Source: Balneolaceae bacterium
Lineage (GTDB): Bacteria > Bacteroidota > Rhodothermia > Balneolales > Balneolaceae
Assembly: GCA_040876545.1 (NCBI GenBank)
Contig: JBBDPF010000029.1
Span: forward strand, 1,056-65,055
DNA: 64,000 bases
Direction of reading: 5' to 3'
The stretch's first letter is position 1, and each line of letters starts with the position of its first letter. Below the pieces are notes generated by a model, which worked only from the letters and a program-made list of their open reading frames with translations, did not search any database and was not told where the DNA came from. Below are positions 1 to 9,017 of the stretch, in pieces. Both the position numbers and the translations under genes were made by a program.

Positions 1-393
1 TGCAAATCCCATAAAATATTCTTCAGCGCCTCCTTGCGACCATTCTTCCTGAGATTCAAAAATCAACACATGCATTTCCTGAAATTTGTCTTGATTACGA
101 GCCGCTTCTGCCACGTGAGCCGCTAATCGGCTATATTGAAATCCACTCAATGGAAAATGGCGATAAATAATTTCAACGTTGTCTCCATATTCCTCAACCA
201 ACGGTTTTAAAAGCTCATAACCGTGCCGGCAAGAGGGACATTGATAATCACTGTATTTGATGATTTCAACTTTTTGAGCCGTTCGTTCACCTTGCGTTTC
301 GGTTGAGTTACCATTTATCCCATAATAGAGCAGACCGCCCCCAACCAAAATAAATAGGGCTAAAAGAGCAAATTGGACGTTTTTGTTTTTCAT
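1..393 (-). CDS. DsbA/thioredoxin-fold thiol:disulfide oxidoreductase, N-terminal part only (gene runs off the left edge)
   Basis: This ORF is open at the window edge and is not in the ORF track. Reverse translation from the ATG (complement of 391-393) gives MKNKNVQFALLALFILVGGGLLYYG (signal/anchor) and then KYSDYQCPSCRHGYELL, which has a CPSC redox motif. Confidence 0.7.
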   Translation of the reverse strand, partial: MKNKNVQFALLALFILVGGGLLYYGINGNSTETQGERTAQKVEIIKYSDYQCPSCRHGYELLKPLVEEYGDNVEIIYRHFPLSGFQYSRLAAHVAEAARNQDKFQEMHVLIFESQEEWSQGGAEEYFMGFA

Positions 394-518
394 AGTTTTG
401 ATATTCTTCTGTTTAAATAATGTATTGAGTAAACACGCTGGTATGATAAAAATTGATCATTAGATGAAATTACACCAAGTTTGTTTCATATGAAAGGAAT
501 GGCATATAAAGGAAAAGA

Positions 519-947
519 TTATGAATTTTGTAGTTTGCTTTTATATGCCATGGCGTAGATTTTCATCTGTTTAATCATTGAAGCCAAACCATTGGAGCGC
601 GTTGGAGAAAGATGTTCCTGCATTCCAATTTCCCTGATAAACTGAGGATTTGTGGTTAAAATGGTATTGGGTTCTTCACCGGAATAGAAGTTCACCATCA
701 TGGCAACTAAACCCTTGGTAATGGCAGCATCACTATCTGCATTGTAAATTACTTTATCCCCTTCGAGGTTAGTTGTAAGCCAAACCTGGGATTGACAACC
801 GCGCACCAAATTTTCTTCCACTTTATATTCATCATCCAAAGGGGATAATTTCTGTCCCATTTTTATGATGTGCTTGTACCGCTCCTGCCAATCAGAAAGT
901 GATTGAAATTCGCGGATAATTCTGTCCTGTTTTTCCTCAATAGTCAT
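519..947 (-). CDS. sufE: cysteine desulfuration protein SufE
   Basis: The translation contains the SufE-type motif LVRGCQSQVWL and has the expected size of about 140 aa. The track start at 956 is TTG. The in-frame ATG at 947 (MTIEEKQ) is the more likely start. Confidence 0.85.
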   Translation of the reverse strand: MTIEEKQDRIIREFQSLSDWQERYKHIIKMGQKLSPLDDEYKVEENLVRGCQSQVWLTTNLEGDKVIYNADSDAAITKGLVAMMVNFYSGEEPNTILTTNPQFIREIGMQEHLSPTRSNGLASMIKQMKIYAMAYKSKLQNS

Positions 948-1106
948 ACTTAGCAATCAAAATATTTACAATTAACTCTTTCGAGAATGAGCACGGATAA
1001 ACCTGAGAGCATTTCCCAAATCTAATTCTTAAAAAATTCTTTTTCATTTACCAAACGAATATATCTCCGTTTGATTCTGCCCATTAAATGAAGAGGAAAG
1101 ATAAGG

Positions 1107-1156
1107 AAAAAAACAGGGCTGAACAGTGATTCAATCATAAATAACTGTTCAGCCCT
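1107..1156 (-). terminator. Rho-independent terminator downstream of the PAS gene
   Basis: A 12-bp stem pairs agggctgaacag (1115-1126) with ctgttcagccct (1145-1156). On the minus strand it is followed by a T-run (A-run 1107-1113 on the plus strand), 23 nt after the stop at 1179. Confidence 0.65.
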
Positions 1157-1178
1157 TTTAATAACGTAAGGTTGTTTA

Positions 1179-2462
1179 CTATTTGCTTTCTGAAGACAAT
1201 TCAGTTGAAGTAGCCCCTTTAATGGCATTTACTTTTGATTCAGAATCATCCCAGTCCGGCTTTGCATAATCAATAACTTCAATGTATTCACCGGTTTTTC
1301 CTTTCACTCGAAACTGTTCAGTATTTGGTTTTCCCTCTAAAACAACATTAAAGTGGGTGACTACTTTCTCAATATCTTCGCGATGGATAAAATCTGAAAG
1401 ATTCAAAGCCGAAACTTCTCCAACGTCAACCCCGGTAATTGTTGAGAATGTATCGGATACATAATCAAAATGAAATTCGCCTTCCGAATCCTGAACTACT
1501 TTATAGGTAAAATCAGTGGTTTGATCGAATACACGGGAAAAATCTTTGTTCCTTTGATTCAAAATACTCATAATCCGCTTTTTCAATGATTTATTTTGAA
1601 AAGCAATCCGAACAATTATGTGACCATTAGAAGATAAAAGCCTTGCCAAAGCTTCTACTTCGATCAAATTGTCTTTTTTATTTGTAAGTGTTAAATCGTA
1701 AGATATCCCATCAAAATCACTGGGTTTAAATGCATCAAACCGATGGCGGAATGACTCCACTTCTTTTTCACTTAACAGGTTCCAAAACTTCATTTTTTTA
1801 AGTTCCCCATCATCAAACCCAATGAGATCTCTAAATGATTTATTCGATGTTACTATATTTCCCTGTTCATCAACGTCAATAAGGGTTTTTTTGGATTCTT
1901 CAGCTAATTTATCGAACTCTATTTCTGCATCCACAACCTTTCTCTCTGATCGTTTACGCTCCGTAATATCGTGTTGATAAGATACCCAATGGGTAATTTC
2001 TCCTTCTTTATTGGTCAGCGGATGAATATCCCACTGATTAATAAACTCCGTTCCGTCTTTTCTATAATTTACTGTGTGGCCAAAAAACGCCTGTCCATCC
2101 TGCAACCTTTTTTTCAATTTGTCTAAAACGATTCGATCCGTTTTTTCACCCTGAAGCATTCTGGGTGTATTTCCAATGGCTTCTTCCCGGGTGTATCCGG
2201 TCATTTTGGTAAATCCATCATTCACATAAACAATTTTAGGACCGGGTTTTTCGAGTTCGAGTGATGTAATTAAGATTGAGTCGTAATCACTGCGGATGGA
2301 ACCCTCTAATAAAGACAAATAGGTTTTGTATTGATCTCTCTCGTACTTTAACTGATTTACTAATTTCGTAAGCTCACTTTCTGCTTGCTCATCACTTACA
2401 TATTTCGAAATCAGATTTAATATTTTCTTGTGCATGATTTGGTAATTGTTTTGGCATTCCAC
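1179..2462 (-). CDS. multi-PAS domain protein with no recognisable output domain; the first PAS is LOV-like
   Basis: The translation shows PAS/PAC signatures (GYTREEAIG...LQG...NYRKDGTEF...HDITERK) and two further PAS-like segments. The track start is GTG at 2462. An alternative ATG lies at 2435. Confidence 0.75.
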   Translation of the reverse strand: MECQNNYQIMHKKILNLISKYVSDEQAESELTKLVNQLKYERDQYKTYLSLLEGSIRSDYDSILITSLELEKPGPKIVYVNDGFTKMTGYTREEAIGNTPRMLQGEKTDRIVLDKLKKRLQDGQAFFGHTVNYRKDGTEFINQWDIHPLTNKEGEITHWVSYQHDITERKRSERKVVDAEIEFDKLAEESKKTLIDVDEQGNIVTSNKSFRDLIGFDDGELKKMKFWNLLSEKEVESFRHRFDAFKPSDFDGISYDLTLTNKKDNLIEVEALARLLSSNGHIIVRIAFQNKSLKKRIMSILNQRNKDFSRVFDQTTDFTYKVVQDSEGEFHFDYVSDTFSTITGVDVGEVSALNLSDFIHREDIEKVVTHFNVVLEGKPNTEQFRVKGKTGEYIEVIDYAKPDWDDSESKVNAIKGATSTELSSESK

Positions 2463-2693
2463 TAAGGCATACTCACCTATAATTCTTCTGTGGAATTTGT
2501 AAAAAGAAGTTTAAAAAGTATAATCGCTATCTGCAAAAACAAAGAACAGAAGTGATAAAATTCCCATGATAGGAATTAATTTAAATAGTATAATTTAGGC
2601 ACAAGAAAGATCATAAGAATAACCATCTCAATAACTTACTAAATTTCAAATTAGTAAATCACAAGAATCTATACCCACTTAAAAGCAAACTAT

Positions 2694-3860
2694 TTATCCT
2701 TTTAAAAGGATTTTTGAGATCGTTTGCAGCTGCATGTTTGATGTGCCTTCGTAAATCTTTCCAATCTTTGAATCACGATAGAATTTTTCGACCGGATACT
2801 CTTTCACATATCCATATCCACCAAATAAATCTATAGCCATAGAGCTTACATTTTCGGCAACTTCCGAACTGTAATATTTTGCCATTGCTGCCTCTTTTAA
2901 AAATGGCTGACCGGCTTCTTTAAGCCTTGCAGCGTTATAAACCAGAAGTCGTGCAGATTCCAGTTCTGTTGCCATTTTTGCCAGTTGAAACTGAACACCC
3001 TGAAAATCAGAGATGGCTTTCCCAAATTGCTTACGCTCTTGAGTATAAGCAAGTGCTGCATCAAGCGAACCCTGAGCAATTCCGATCATCTGTGCGCCAA
3101 TTCCAATTCGCCCTTCGTTAAGCGTTTCAATTGCTACTTTATACCCTTTGCCAACTTCTCCAAGAATATTTTCCTTGGGTACGCGAACATCTTCAAACAA
3201 AAGCTCACAAGTAGAACTGGCCCTGATTCCCAGCTTGTTCTCTTTTTTGGAGATCGAAAATCCGTCCATCCCCCTCTTAACAATAAATCCAGTAATCCCT
3301 TTGTACCCTGCTTCCGGGTTGATGTTTGCAAAGACCAGGAAAATATCGGCTTCATTGGCATTGGTAATCCAAAGTTTTGTGCCGTTTAACACATACGAAT
3401 CACCATCCTCCTTTGCAGAACATTTTAGGGCAAAAGCATCGCTGCCTGATCCGGCCTCAGATAAGCAGTACGCCCCCACTTTTTCTGTCGCAAGCTGAGG
3501 TAAAAACCGTTCTTTTACTTCCTCAGATCCCCATCGAATAAATGCATTGTTTACCAGTGTATTTTGCACGTCCATAAAAACACCCACGGAAGCATCCACA
3601 CGAGATATCTGTTCGATCGCCACAATACTCATAAAAAATGTGCCGCCGGCCCCGTTATACTTTTCCGGGATTTCAATTCCCATCAAACCCATTTCAAAAA
3701 ATTGTTTGATCAAATCCGGATCCAATTTTGCAGCCTCATCCATTTCATGAACTTTTGGCTGAATAATATTATCAGCAAAATCCCCGGCCGCATCTTTTAA
3801 CATTTGCTCGTCTTCGGTGAGGTGGGTCAGTGGATGGGTTTTCGTCTCTGCAATTGGCAT
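2694..3860 (-). CDS. acyl-CoA dehydrogenase (short/branched-chain type)
   Basis: The protein aligns with acyl-CoA dehydrogenases along its full length by eye and has the C-terminal IYEGTSNMQ catalytic-Glu motif. The track start at 3914 is TTG. The in-frame ATG at 3860 (MPIAETK) is the likely start. Confidence 0.9.
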   Translation of the reverse strand: MPIAETKTHPLTHLTEDEQMLKDAAGDFADNIIQPKVHEMDEAAKLDPDLIKQFFEMGLMGIEIPEKYNGAGGTFFMSIVAIEQISRVDASVGVFMDVQNTLVNNAFIRWGSEEVKERFLPQLATEKVGAYCLSEAGSGSDAFALKCSAKEDGDSYVLNGTKLWITNANEADIFLVFANINPEAGYKGITGFIVKRGMDGFSISKKENKLGIRASSTCELLFEDVRVPKENILGEVGKGYKVAIETLNEGRIGIGAQMIGIAQGSLDAALAYTQERKQFGKAISDFQGVQFQLAKMATELESARLLVYNAARLKEAGQPFLKEAAMAKYYSSEVAENVSSMAIDLFGGYGYVKEYPVEKFYRDSKIGKIYEGTSNMQLQTISKILLKG

Positions 3861-4010
3861 ATTAATATCTTTAAATGATTTGTTAACTTTAATATCTAAG
3901 CGTTGAAGATACAAATAAGGAAGCGCTTTTACCTTGCTTTATGTTTAGGTTCGTAGACGGTTCCTTTTTATGTTTGTTTCAAATAGACTAACACCAAATT
4001 TACTTCTATT

Positions 4011-5852
4011 GTGCCGAAAAATTTGAAAAATAATAAAAACCTGTTTTCTGAATTTTCACCCACTTCACTTGAAGAGTGGGAAGCCGTTCTTGAAAAAGAT
4101 TTAAAAGGTAAAGATTATCGGTTTGTACTGAAATGGGAATCACTGGAAGGAATCAGTGTGCTGCCATTTTACCGAAAAGAGGATCTTGAATCTGTTCAGC
4201 ACGTTAAAGAAAATTCACTATCAACGTCTGACCGAAATTGGAAAATCTGCGAAGAAATTTTTGAACCTGATCCCGCAAAAGCCGGTGAAGAAGCCCTTCA
4301 TGCAGTCGAGGCTGGCGCCACTACTTTAAAAATTAATGTATCTGATTCATCTGATAACAAATCCCGAACCCGGCTCCAGACTCAGCATGATGTTGATACC
4401 TTTTTCAGTAAACTTGATCTGAATAAAACCGAATTTCTCTTCAACTCAGAAATAAATTCCCGGGATTTGATGGCAAAGGTGAAAAATCACGCCATAAAAA
4501 CAGATATCAACATTAACGCATCTTTTCAATTCGATCCGTTTACCTTCGCCGCTGCAAATGGAGATTTAAATGAGGGAGAAATTGATTCTCTGATTCGGGA
4601 AATGTCATCGCAGCCGGACTATAAAACTCTATTTGTTGATGGAGCTTTTTATCATAATTGTGGAGCGACTATCATTCAAGAGGTTGGAATTGCCTTGGCT
4701 ATTGCAAGTGAATATGTAGCCCGCACGCCAGAGAATAACCGAAAAAAGACATCAAACCAAATATTCCTAAACCTCTCCGTCGGTTCACTATACTTTCCTG
4801 AAATTGCCAAATTAAGGGCGGTTCGATTACTGTGGACAACATTGATGAACGCCTATAAGATCGAAAATGCGGAGCCGGTTACCATTCATTCCACAACATC
4901 AACTTGGAATAAATCCACTGCCGATGCCCATAATAATATGCTTCGCGTTACCACAGAGGCGATGAGCGCGGTACTTAGCGGAACGGATTTGTTGATTGTC
5001 CACCCGTACAATCAACACTTCGAAAAACCGGATATTTTCTCAAAACGAATTGCACGAAATGTGAACCATATTTTGAAAGAGGAAGCCCATTTTACAAAAG
5101 TGTCGAACCCGGCATCCGGCACTTATTATGTGAAAATAATGATGGATCAAATTGCTAAAAAAGGATGGGAATTCTTTCAACAGATTGAAAACGAAGGTGG
5201 ATTTTTAAAAGCGCTGGAATCGGGAATGATTCAGGATGAAATCAATCGTTCGGCTGATGCAAAAAGAGAAGCCGTCGCTACAAGGAAAATCACGCTAACA
5301 GGCACCAATAACTATCCAAATGCGGAAAATAGAATACCTGAGGATCTGTTTGATAAAGAAAATATAGATAATGAATCCACTTTAACACCCCATCGTGCGG
5401 CAGAACCATTTGAAAAAATCCGCCTCAAAACTCAACAATGGAACAAAAGTAGTAACGAAGAACTTACCGCAACACTGATTCCCATCGGGGACAAACGAAT
5501 GCGAAAAGCACGGGCATCGTTTTCGCAAAATTACCTGCAGTGCGCCGGCATTTCTGTGCAAAATCATGTAGGATTTTCTTCCATACAAGAAGCGGCAGAG
5601 GAATTATCAGATGACAAATCACAAATCTTGGTTTTGTGCGGCTCAGATTCTGACTATGAAGAATTGGTTGATCCATTTTGTAAAGAATTCAAAAACAGTA
5701 ACCAACTTTTAATTTTGGCGGGATATCCAAAACAGAAGATTGAAGAGTACAAGGAAGCCGGGATTGATCTGTTTATTTATAACGGATCGAACATGATTGA
5801 TACACTTACAGAAATTCAACAGAATGTATTTAAAGCGAAAGATTTAAAATAA
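4011..5852 (+). CDS. mutA: methylmalonyl-CoA mutase small (beta) subunit
   Basis: This 613-aa mutase-fold protein ends 6 nt before the large subunit gene. Its C-terminal domain has LVLCGSDSDYEEL in place of the B12-binding DxHxxG motif, as expected for the beta subunit. The start codon is GTG. Confidence 0.8.
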   Translation: MPKNLKNNKNLFSEFSPTSLEEWEAVLEKDLKGKDYRFVLKWESLEGISVLPFYRKEDLESVQHVKENSLSTSDRNWKICEEIFEPDPAKAGEEALHAVEAGATTLKINVSDSSDNKSRTRLQTQHDVDTFFSKLDLNKTEFLFNSEINSRDLMAKVKNHAIKTDININASFQFDPFTFAAANGDLNEGEIDSLIREMSSQPDYKTLFVDGAFYHNCGATIIQEVGIALAIASEYVARTPENNRKKTSNQIFLNLSVGSLYFPEIAKLRAVRLLWTTLMNAYKIENAEPVTIHSTTSTWNKSTADAHNNMLRVTTEAMSAVLSGTDLLIVHPYNQHFEKPDIFSKRIARNVNHILKEEAHFTKVSNPASGTYYVKIMMDQIAKKGWEFFQQIENEGGFLKALESGMIQDEINRSADAKREAVATRKITLTGTNNYPNAENRIPEDLFDKENIDNESTLTPHRAAEPFEKIRLKTQQWNKSSNEELTATLIPIGDKRMRKARASFSQNYLQCAGISVQNHVGFSSIQEAAEELSDDKSQILVLCGSDSDYEELVDPFCKEFKNSNQLLILAGYPKQKIEEYKEAGIDLFIYNGSNMIDTLTEIQQNVFKAKDLK

Positions 5853-5858
5853 TCAGAA

Positions 5859-7997
5859 ATGAAACGACCTGATTTTTCAACTATAGATTATAATGAGTTC
5901 GCTGAGGATGTTTCCGGTCCGGCACAAAATGACGCCGAGGAATGGCTGACTCCGGAAAAAATATCTGTAAAGCCTCATTTTGATGAGACAGATATCAAAA
6001 ATCTCCACCACCTCGATTTTGCAGCCGGAATTCCGCCCTATTTACGTGGGCCGTATTCCTCGATGTATGCCAATCGTCCGTGGACAATTCGTCAATATGC
6101 CGGATTTTCTACTGCCGAGGAATCCAATGCTTTTTACCGACGAAATTTAGCGGGCGGACAAAAAGGGTTATCCGTTGCGTTTGATTTGGCCACTCACCGC
6201 GGATATGATTCTGATCATCCTCGTGTTTCGGGCGATGTTGGAAAAGCCGGCGTGGCAATTGATTCTATTTTAGACATGAAAGTTCTGTTCGATCAGATTC
6301 CGTTGGATGAAATGTCCGTTTCCATGACCATGAACGGAGCCGTAATTCCCATTATGGCGTTTTATATTGTGGCGGCCGAAGAGCAGGGTGTTCCGCCCAA
6401 AAAACTTCAGGGAACCATCCAAAATGATATTCTCAAGGAGTTTATGGTTCGAAATACGTATATCTATCCGCCTGAACCATCCATGAAAATCATTGGTGAT
6501 ATTTTTGAATATACGTCCAGAAATATGCCAAAATTCAACTCCATCAGCGTAAGTGGATATCATATGCACGAAGCCGGTGCCACTGCCGATATTGAGTTAG
6601 CGTACACTCTTTCTGATGCGTTGGAATATGTTCGCACCGGCGTGAAAACCGGTCTGGAAGTGGATCAGTTTGCTCCAAGAATTTCTTTCTTTTGGGGAAT
6701 TGGGATGAATCATTTTATGGAAATTGCCAAGATGCGGGCCGGCAGAATGCTTTGGGCTAAAATCATGAAGCAGTTTGAGCCGAAAAATCCAAAGTCATTG
6801 TCACTTCGAACGCATAGCCAGACATCCGGGTATAGTTTGACCGAGCAGGATCCTTTCAATAATGTAGCCCGAACTACCATCGAAGCAATGGCCGCTGCGC
6901 TGGGACATACCCAATCACTCCACACGAATGCGTTGGATGAAGCGATTGCCCTCCCAACGGATTTTTCAGCCCGAATTGCCCGAAATACTCAAATTTACCT
7001 GCAAGAGGAAACCGGGATAACAAAAGCGGTAGATCCATGGGCAGGTTCCTATTATGTGGAATATCTAACCGATCAGATTGCCAAAAAATCGTGGGAGTTG
7101 ATGCAGGAAGTGGAAGAACTGGGTGGGATGTCGAAAGCGATTGAGACCGGTGTTCCAAAAATGCGGATTGAAGAAGCCGCCGCAAGAAAACAAGCCCGCA
7201 TCGACAATAAAAAAGAGGTGATTGTTGGGGTGAATAAATATCGCCTTGAAAAAGAAGATCCAATTGATACCTTGGAAGTGGATAACGAGAAGGTTCGTCA
7301 GTCGCAGATCAAGCGATTACAAAAGCTGAAAAAAGAACGGAATGATGAGGCTTTCAAAAAATCAATTGATACATTAGAAAAAGAAGCTTCAGCCGGAACA
7401 GGCAATCTGCTTGAGCTGGCTATTGACGCTGCACGAAACCGGGCAACCCTTGGCGAAATATCCGATGCTATGGAAAAAGCATTCGGACGATATCAGGCAA
7501 CCATAAAATCCATATCAGGCGTGTATTCTTCAGAAATAGATGACGATAGTTCTTTCAAAAAAGCACAACAAATGGCCGACCAATTCGAGGAGCTTGAAGG
7601 AAGACGTCCCCGAATTATGGTGGCAAAAATGGGCCAGGATGGCCACGATCGCGGAGCCAAGGTGATCTCCACAAGTTTTGCAGATCTTGGTTTCGATGTA
7701 GATGTTGGCCCTCTATTTCAAACTCCCGCAGAAGCCGCCAAACAGGCCGTCGAAAATGATGTGCATATTTTAGGTGTTTCAAGCCTCGCTGCCGGACACA
7801 AAACGCTCGTGCCACAAGTATTGGAAGAGCTAAAAAAACTCGGGCGTGATGACATTATGGTCATCGTCGGCGGAGTTATTCCCAATCAGGATTATAAATT
7901 TTTATATGACAAAGGAGTTGCTGCGGTATTTGGGCCGGGAACGGTTATATCTGAAGCTGCACAAAATATTTTGAGTATTTTGATGAAAGTGGAATAA
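5859..7997 (+). CDS. mutB: methylmalonyl-CoA mutase large (alpha) subunit
   Basis: The 712-aa translation has the mutase TIM-barrel motifs ([19 protein letters not shown]) and the C-terminal cobalamin-binding motif [11 protein letters not shown]. Confidence 0.95.
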   Translation: MKRPDFSTIDYNEFAEDVSGPAQNDAEEWLTPEKISVKPHFDETDIKNLHHLDFAAGIPPYLRGPYSSMYANRPWTIRQYAGFSTAEESNAFYRRNLAGGQKGLSVAFDLATHRGYDSDHPRVSGDVGKAGVAIDSILDMKVLFDQIPLDEMSVSMTMNGAVIPIMAFYIVAAEEQGVPPKKLQGTIQNDILKEFMVRNTYIYPPEPSMKIIGDIFEYTSRNMPKFNSISVSGYHMHEAGATADIELAYTLSDALEYVRTGVKTGLEVDQFAPRISFFWGIGMNHFMEIAKMRAGRMLWAKIMKQFEPKNPKSLSLRTHSQTSGYSLTEQDPFNNVARTTIEAMAAALGHTQSLHTNALDEAIALPTDFSARIARNTQIYLQEETGITKAVDPWAGSYYVEYLTDQIAKKSWELMQEVEELGGMSKAIETGVPKMRIEEAAARKQARIDNKKEVIVGVNKYRLEKEDPIDTLEVDNEKVRQSQIKRLQKLKKERNDEAFKKSIDTLEKEASAGTGNLLELAIDAARNRATLGEISDAMEKAFGRYQATIKSISGVYSSEIDDDSSFKKAQQMADQFEELEGRRPRIMVAKMGQDGHDRGAKVISTSFADLGFDVDVGPLFQTPAEAAKQAVENDVHILGVSSLAAGHKTLVPQVLEELKKLGRDDIMVIVGGVIPNQDYKFLYDKGVAAVFGPGTVISEAAQNILSILMKVE

Positions 7998-8116
7998 CCG
8001 CTAAGGTCACAAAGGTTTGCACAATGAACACGATGGAGTAGTAAGAGAAATTCCAGAATTTAAATTTTAATTCTCCATTGTGAACCTTTGCGAAATCCTT
8101 CGCGACCCTTGCGGTT
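7996..8116. repeat. hairpin unit A1: left arm 7996-8036 (AACCGC...), 38-nt AT-rich loop, right arm 8075-8116 (...GCGGTT)
   Basis: The arms are imperfect reverse complements: aaccgctaaggtcacaaagg against ccttcgcgacccttgcggtt. The left arm starts inside the mutB stop codon (gaaTAACCGC). Confidence 0.8.
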
Positions 8117-8150
8117 AAAATGACGTCTTATTTTAAACCATAAACCGAAT
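8111..8150 (+). repeat. 40-nt perfect direct repeat, copy 1 (gcggttaaaatgacgtcttattttaaaccataaaccgaat)
   Basis: This sequence is identical to 8678-8717. Its first 21 nt recur at 8999-9019, where they run into the meaB ATG. Confidence 0.95.
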
Positions 8151-8151
8151 C

Positions 8152-8192
8152 AACCGCAATGGACACAAAGGTGTGCGCAATGTCCTCAATGG
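8152..8192. repeat. hairpin unit A2, left arm
   Basis: The sequence aaccgcaatggacacaaaggtgtgcgcaatgtcctcaatgg is related to arms 7996-8036 and 8719-8753. It is complementary to the right arm at 8643-8683. Confidence 0.75.
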
Positions 8193-8238
8193 GGTTTAAG
8201 GAGGAGAGATTTTTAATTGATAATTTAATAAGATTAAG

Positions 8239-8634
8239 ATGATTGAAAATAAAATTTCAAAAGAAGTCTTAGATTCTGCCTTTAAGGTGCATACAAAATT
8301 GGGTCCGGGATTACTTGAATCTGCCTATCAGGAGTGCTTGTTTTATGAGATAAAGAAAAAAGGACTTATAGTCGAAAAAGAGTGCCCACTACCACTTGAA
8401 TATGAAGAAGTAAGACTTGATGTAGGATATCGGATTGATTTATTGGTTGAAAAGAAGTTTGTTGTAGAAATAAAATCAGTTGAAAAGCTTACCGATGTAC
8501 ATCTTGCACAAATATTAACTTATTTAAAGCTCTCTGAAAATAAATTAGGCCTATTATTAAATTTCAATGTTTCTCGTTTAAAAAATGGCATTAAACGAGT
8601 TATAAATAGTCGAACGAGAAATTTAAATTTCTAA
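8239..8634 (+). CDS. GxxExxY protein (PD-(D/E)XK nuclease superfamily, PDDEXK_3-like)
   Basis: The 131-aa translation has GPGLLESAY (GxxExxY) and the nuclease-type motif D-x-LV...VVEIKSV. It ends NFNVSRLKNGIKRVINS, as is typical for this family. The gene lies between the arms of unit A2. Confidence 0.85.
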   Translation: MIENKISKEVLDSAFKVHTKLGPGLLESAYQECLFYEIKKKGLIVEKECPLPLEYEEVRLDVGYRIDLLVEKKFVVEIKSVEKLTDVHLAQILTYLKLSENKLGLLLNFNVSRLKNGIKRVINSRTRNLNF

Positions 8635-8642
8635 ATATCATT

Positions 8643-8683
8643 CATTGCGAACCTTTGCGCAAACCTCTGCTCTCATTGCGGTT
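8643..8683. repeat. hairpin unit A2, right arm
   Basis: The sequence is cattgcgaacctttgcgcaaacctctgctctcattgcggtt. Its reverse complement, aaccgcaatgagagcagaggtttgcgcaa, matches the left arm at 8152-8192. Confidence 0.75.
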
Positions 8684-8717
8684 AAAATGACGTCTTATTT
8701 TAAACCATAAACCGAAT
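8678..8717 (+). repeat. 40-nt perfect direct repeat, copy 2
   Basis: This sequence is identical to 8111-8150 and lies 567 nt downstream of it. Confidence 0.95.
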
Positions 8718-8718
8718 T

Positions 8719-8753
8719 AACCACAATGAACGCAGAGGAGTGCTCAATGATGG
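8719..8753. repeat. hairpin unit A3, left arm
   Basis: The sequence aaccacaatgaacgcagaggagtgctcaatgatgg belongs to the same arm family. Confidence 0.7.
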
Positions 8754-8766
8754 ATGTTTGGTGGAA

Positions 8767-8929
8767 ATCTCCCCTGGAGGGGAGTTAACGTTGAGCGTTC
8801 AGCCCCGCCGTATGACGGGGGAGGGGTGTCCCATAAATCCACTAAATTTATAGGAATGATTTTATACCTTTACAACACCCCTCGCATAATCATCTGAACG
8901 ATGATTATGATCTCCCTTCAAGGGGAGAT
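8767..8929. other. hairpin-rich ~165-nt module (MITE-like or structured RNA) carried inside unit A3
   Basis: Five consecutive stems are visible:
- ctcccc/ggggag (8769-8784).
- ccccg/cgggg (8803-8820).
- gaggggtgt/acacccctc (8821-8883).
- cataatcatc/gatgattatg (8885-8909).
- atctccc/gggagat (8909-8929).
The first and last hairpins resemble each other (ATCTCCCnT..AGGGGAG), so they look like terminal repeats. The module contains no ORF. Confidence 0.5.
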
Positions 8930-8961
8930 ATTTTACTAGATCTAAATATCAAACCTTATTA

Positions 8962-9004
8962 CTCATTGTGACACTTAGCGCAATCCTTCGCGACCCTTGC
9001 GGTT
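8962..9004. repeat. hairpin unit A3, right arm
   Basis: The sequence is ctcattgtgacacttagcgcaatccttcgcgacccttgcggtt. Its last 23 nt (atccttcgcgacccttgcggtt) match right arm A1 exactly. Confidence 0.8.
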
Positions 9005-9017
9005 AAAATGACGTCTT

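Noticed and set aside
1022-1228. 68-aa ORF between sufE and the PAS gene
   Set aside because: It spans the terminator hairpin at 1107-1156 and overlaps the 3' end of the PAS gene. It has no recognisable motif.
2897-3800. Several 60-134 aa ORFs on both strands inside the acyl-CoA dehydrogenase gene; similar nested ORFs lie inside mutB (6270-7263), the TonB receptor, DUF349, glpK and fadB
   Set aside because: They overlap long, well-supported genes, have low-complexity or odd composition, and show no recognisable motifs. They are typical shadow ORFs.
3861-4010. Cobalamin riboswitch near the B12-dependent mutase genes, or upstream of the TonB-dependent receptor (32995-33164)
   Set aside because: Both regions are AT-rich. 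I saw neither a B12-box-like GCCACTG motif nor the multi-stem GC-rich architecture.
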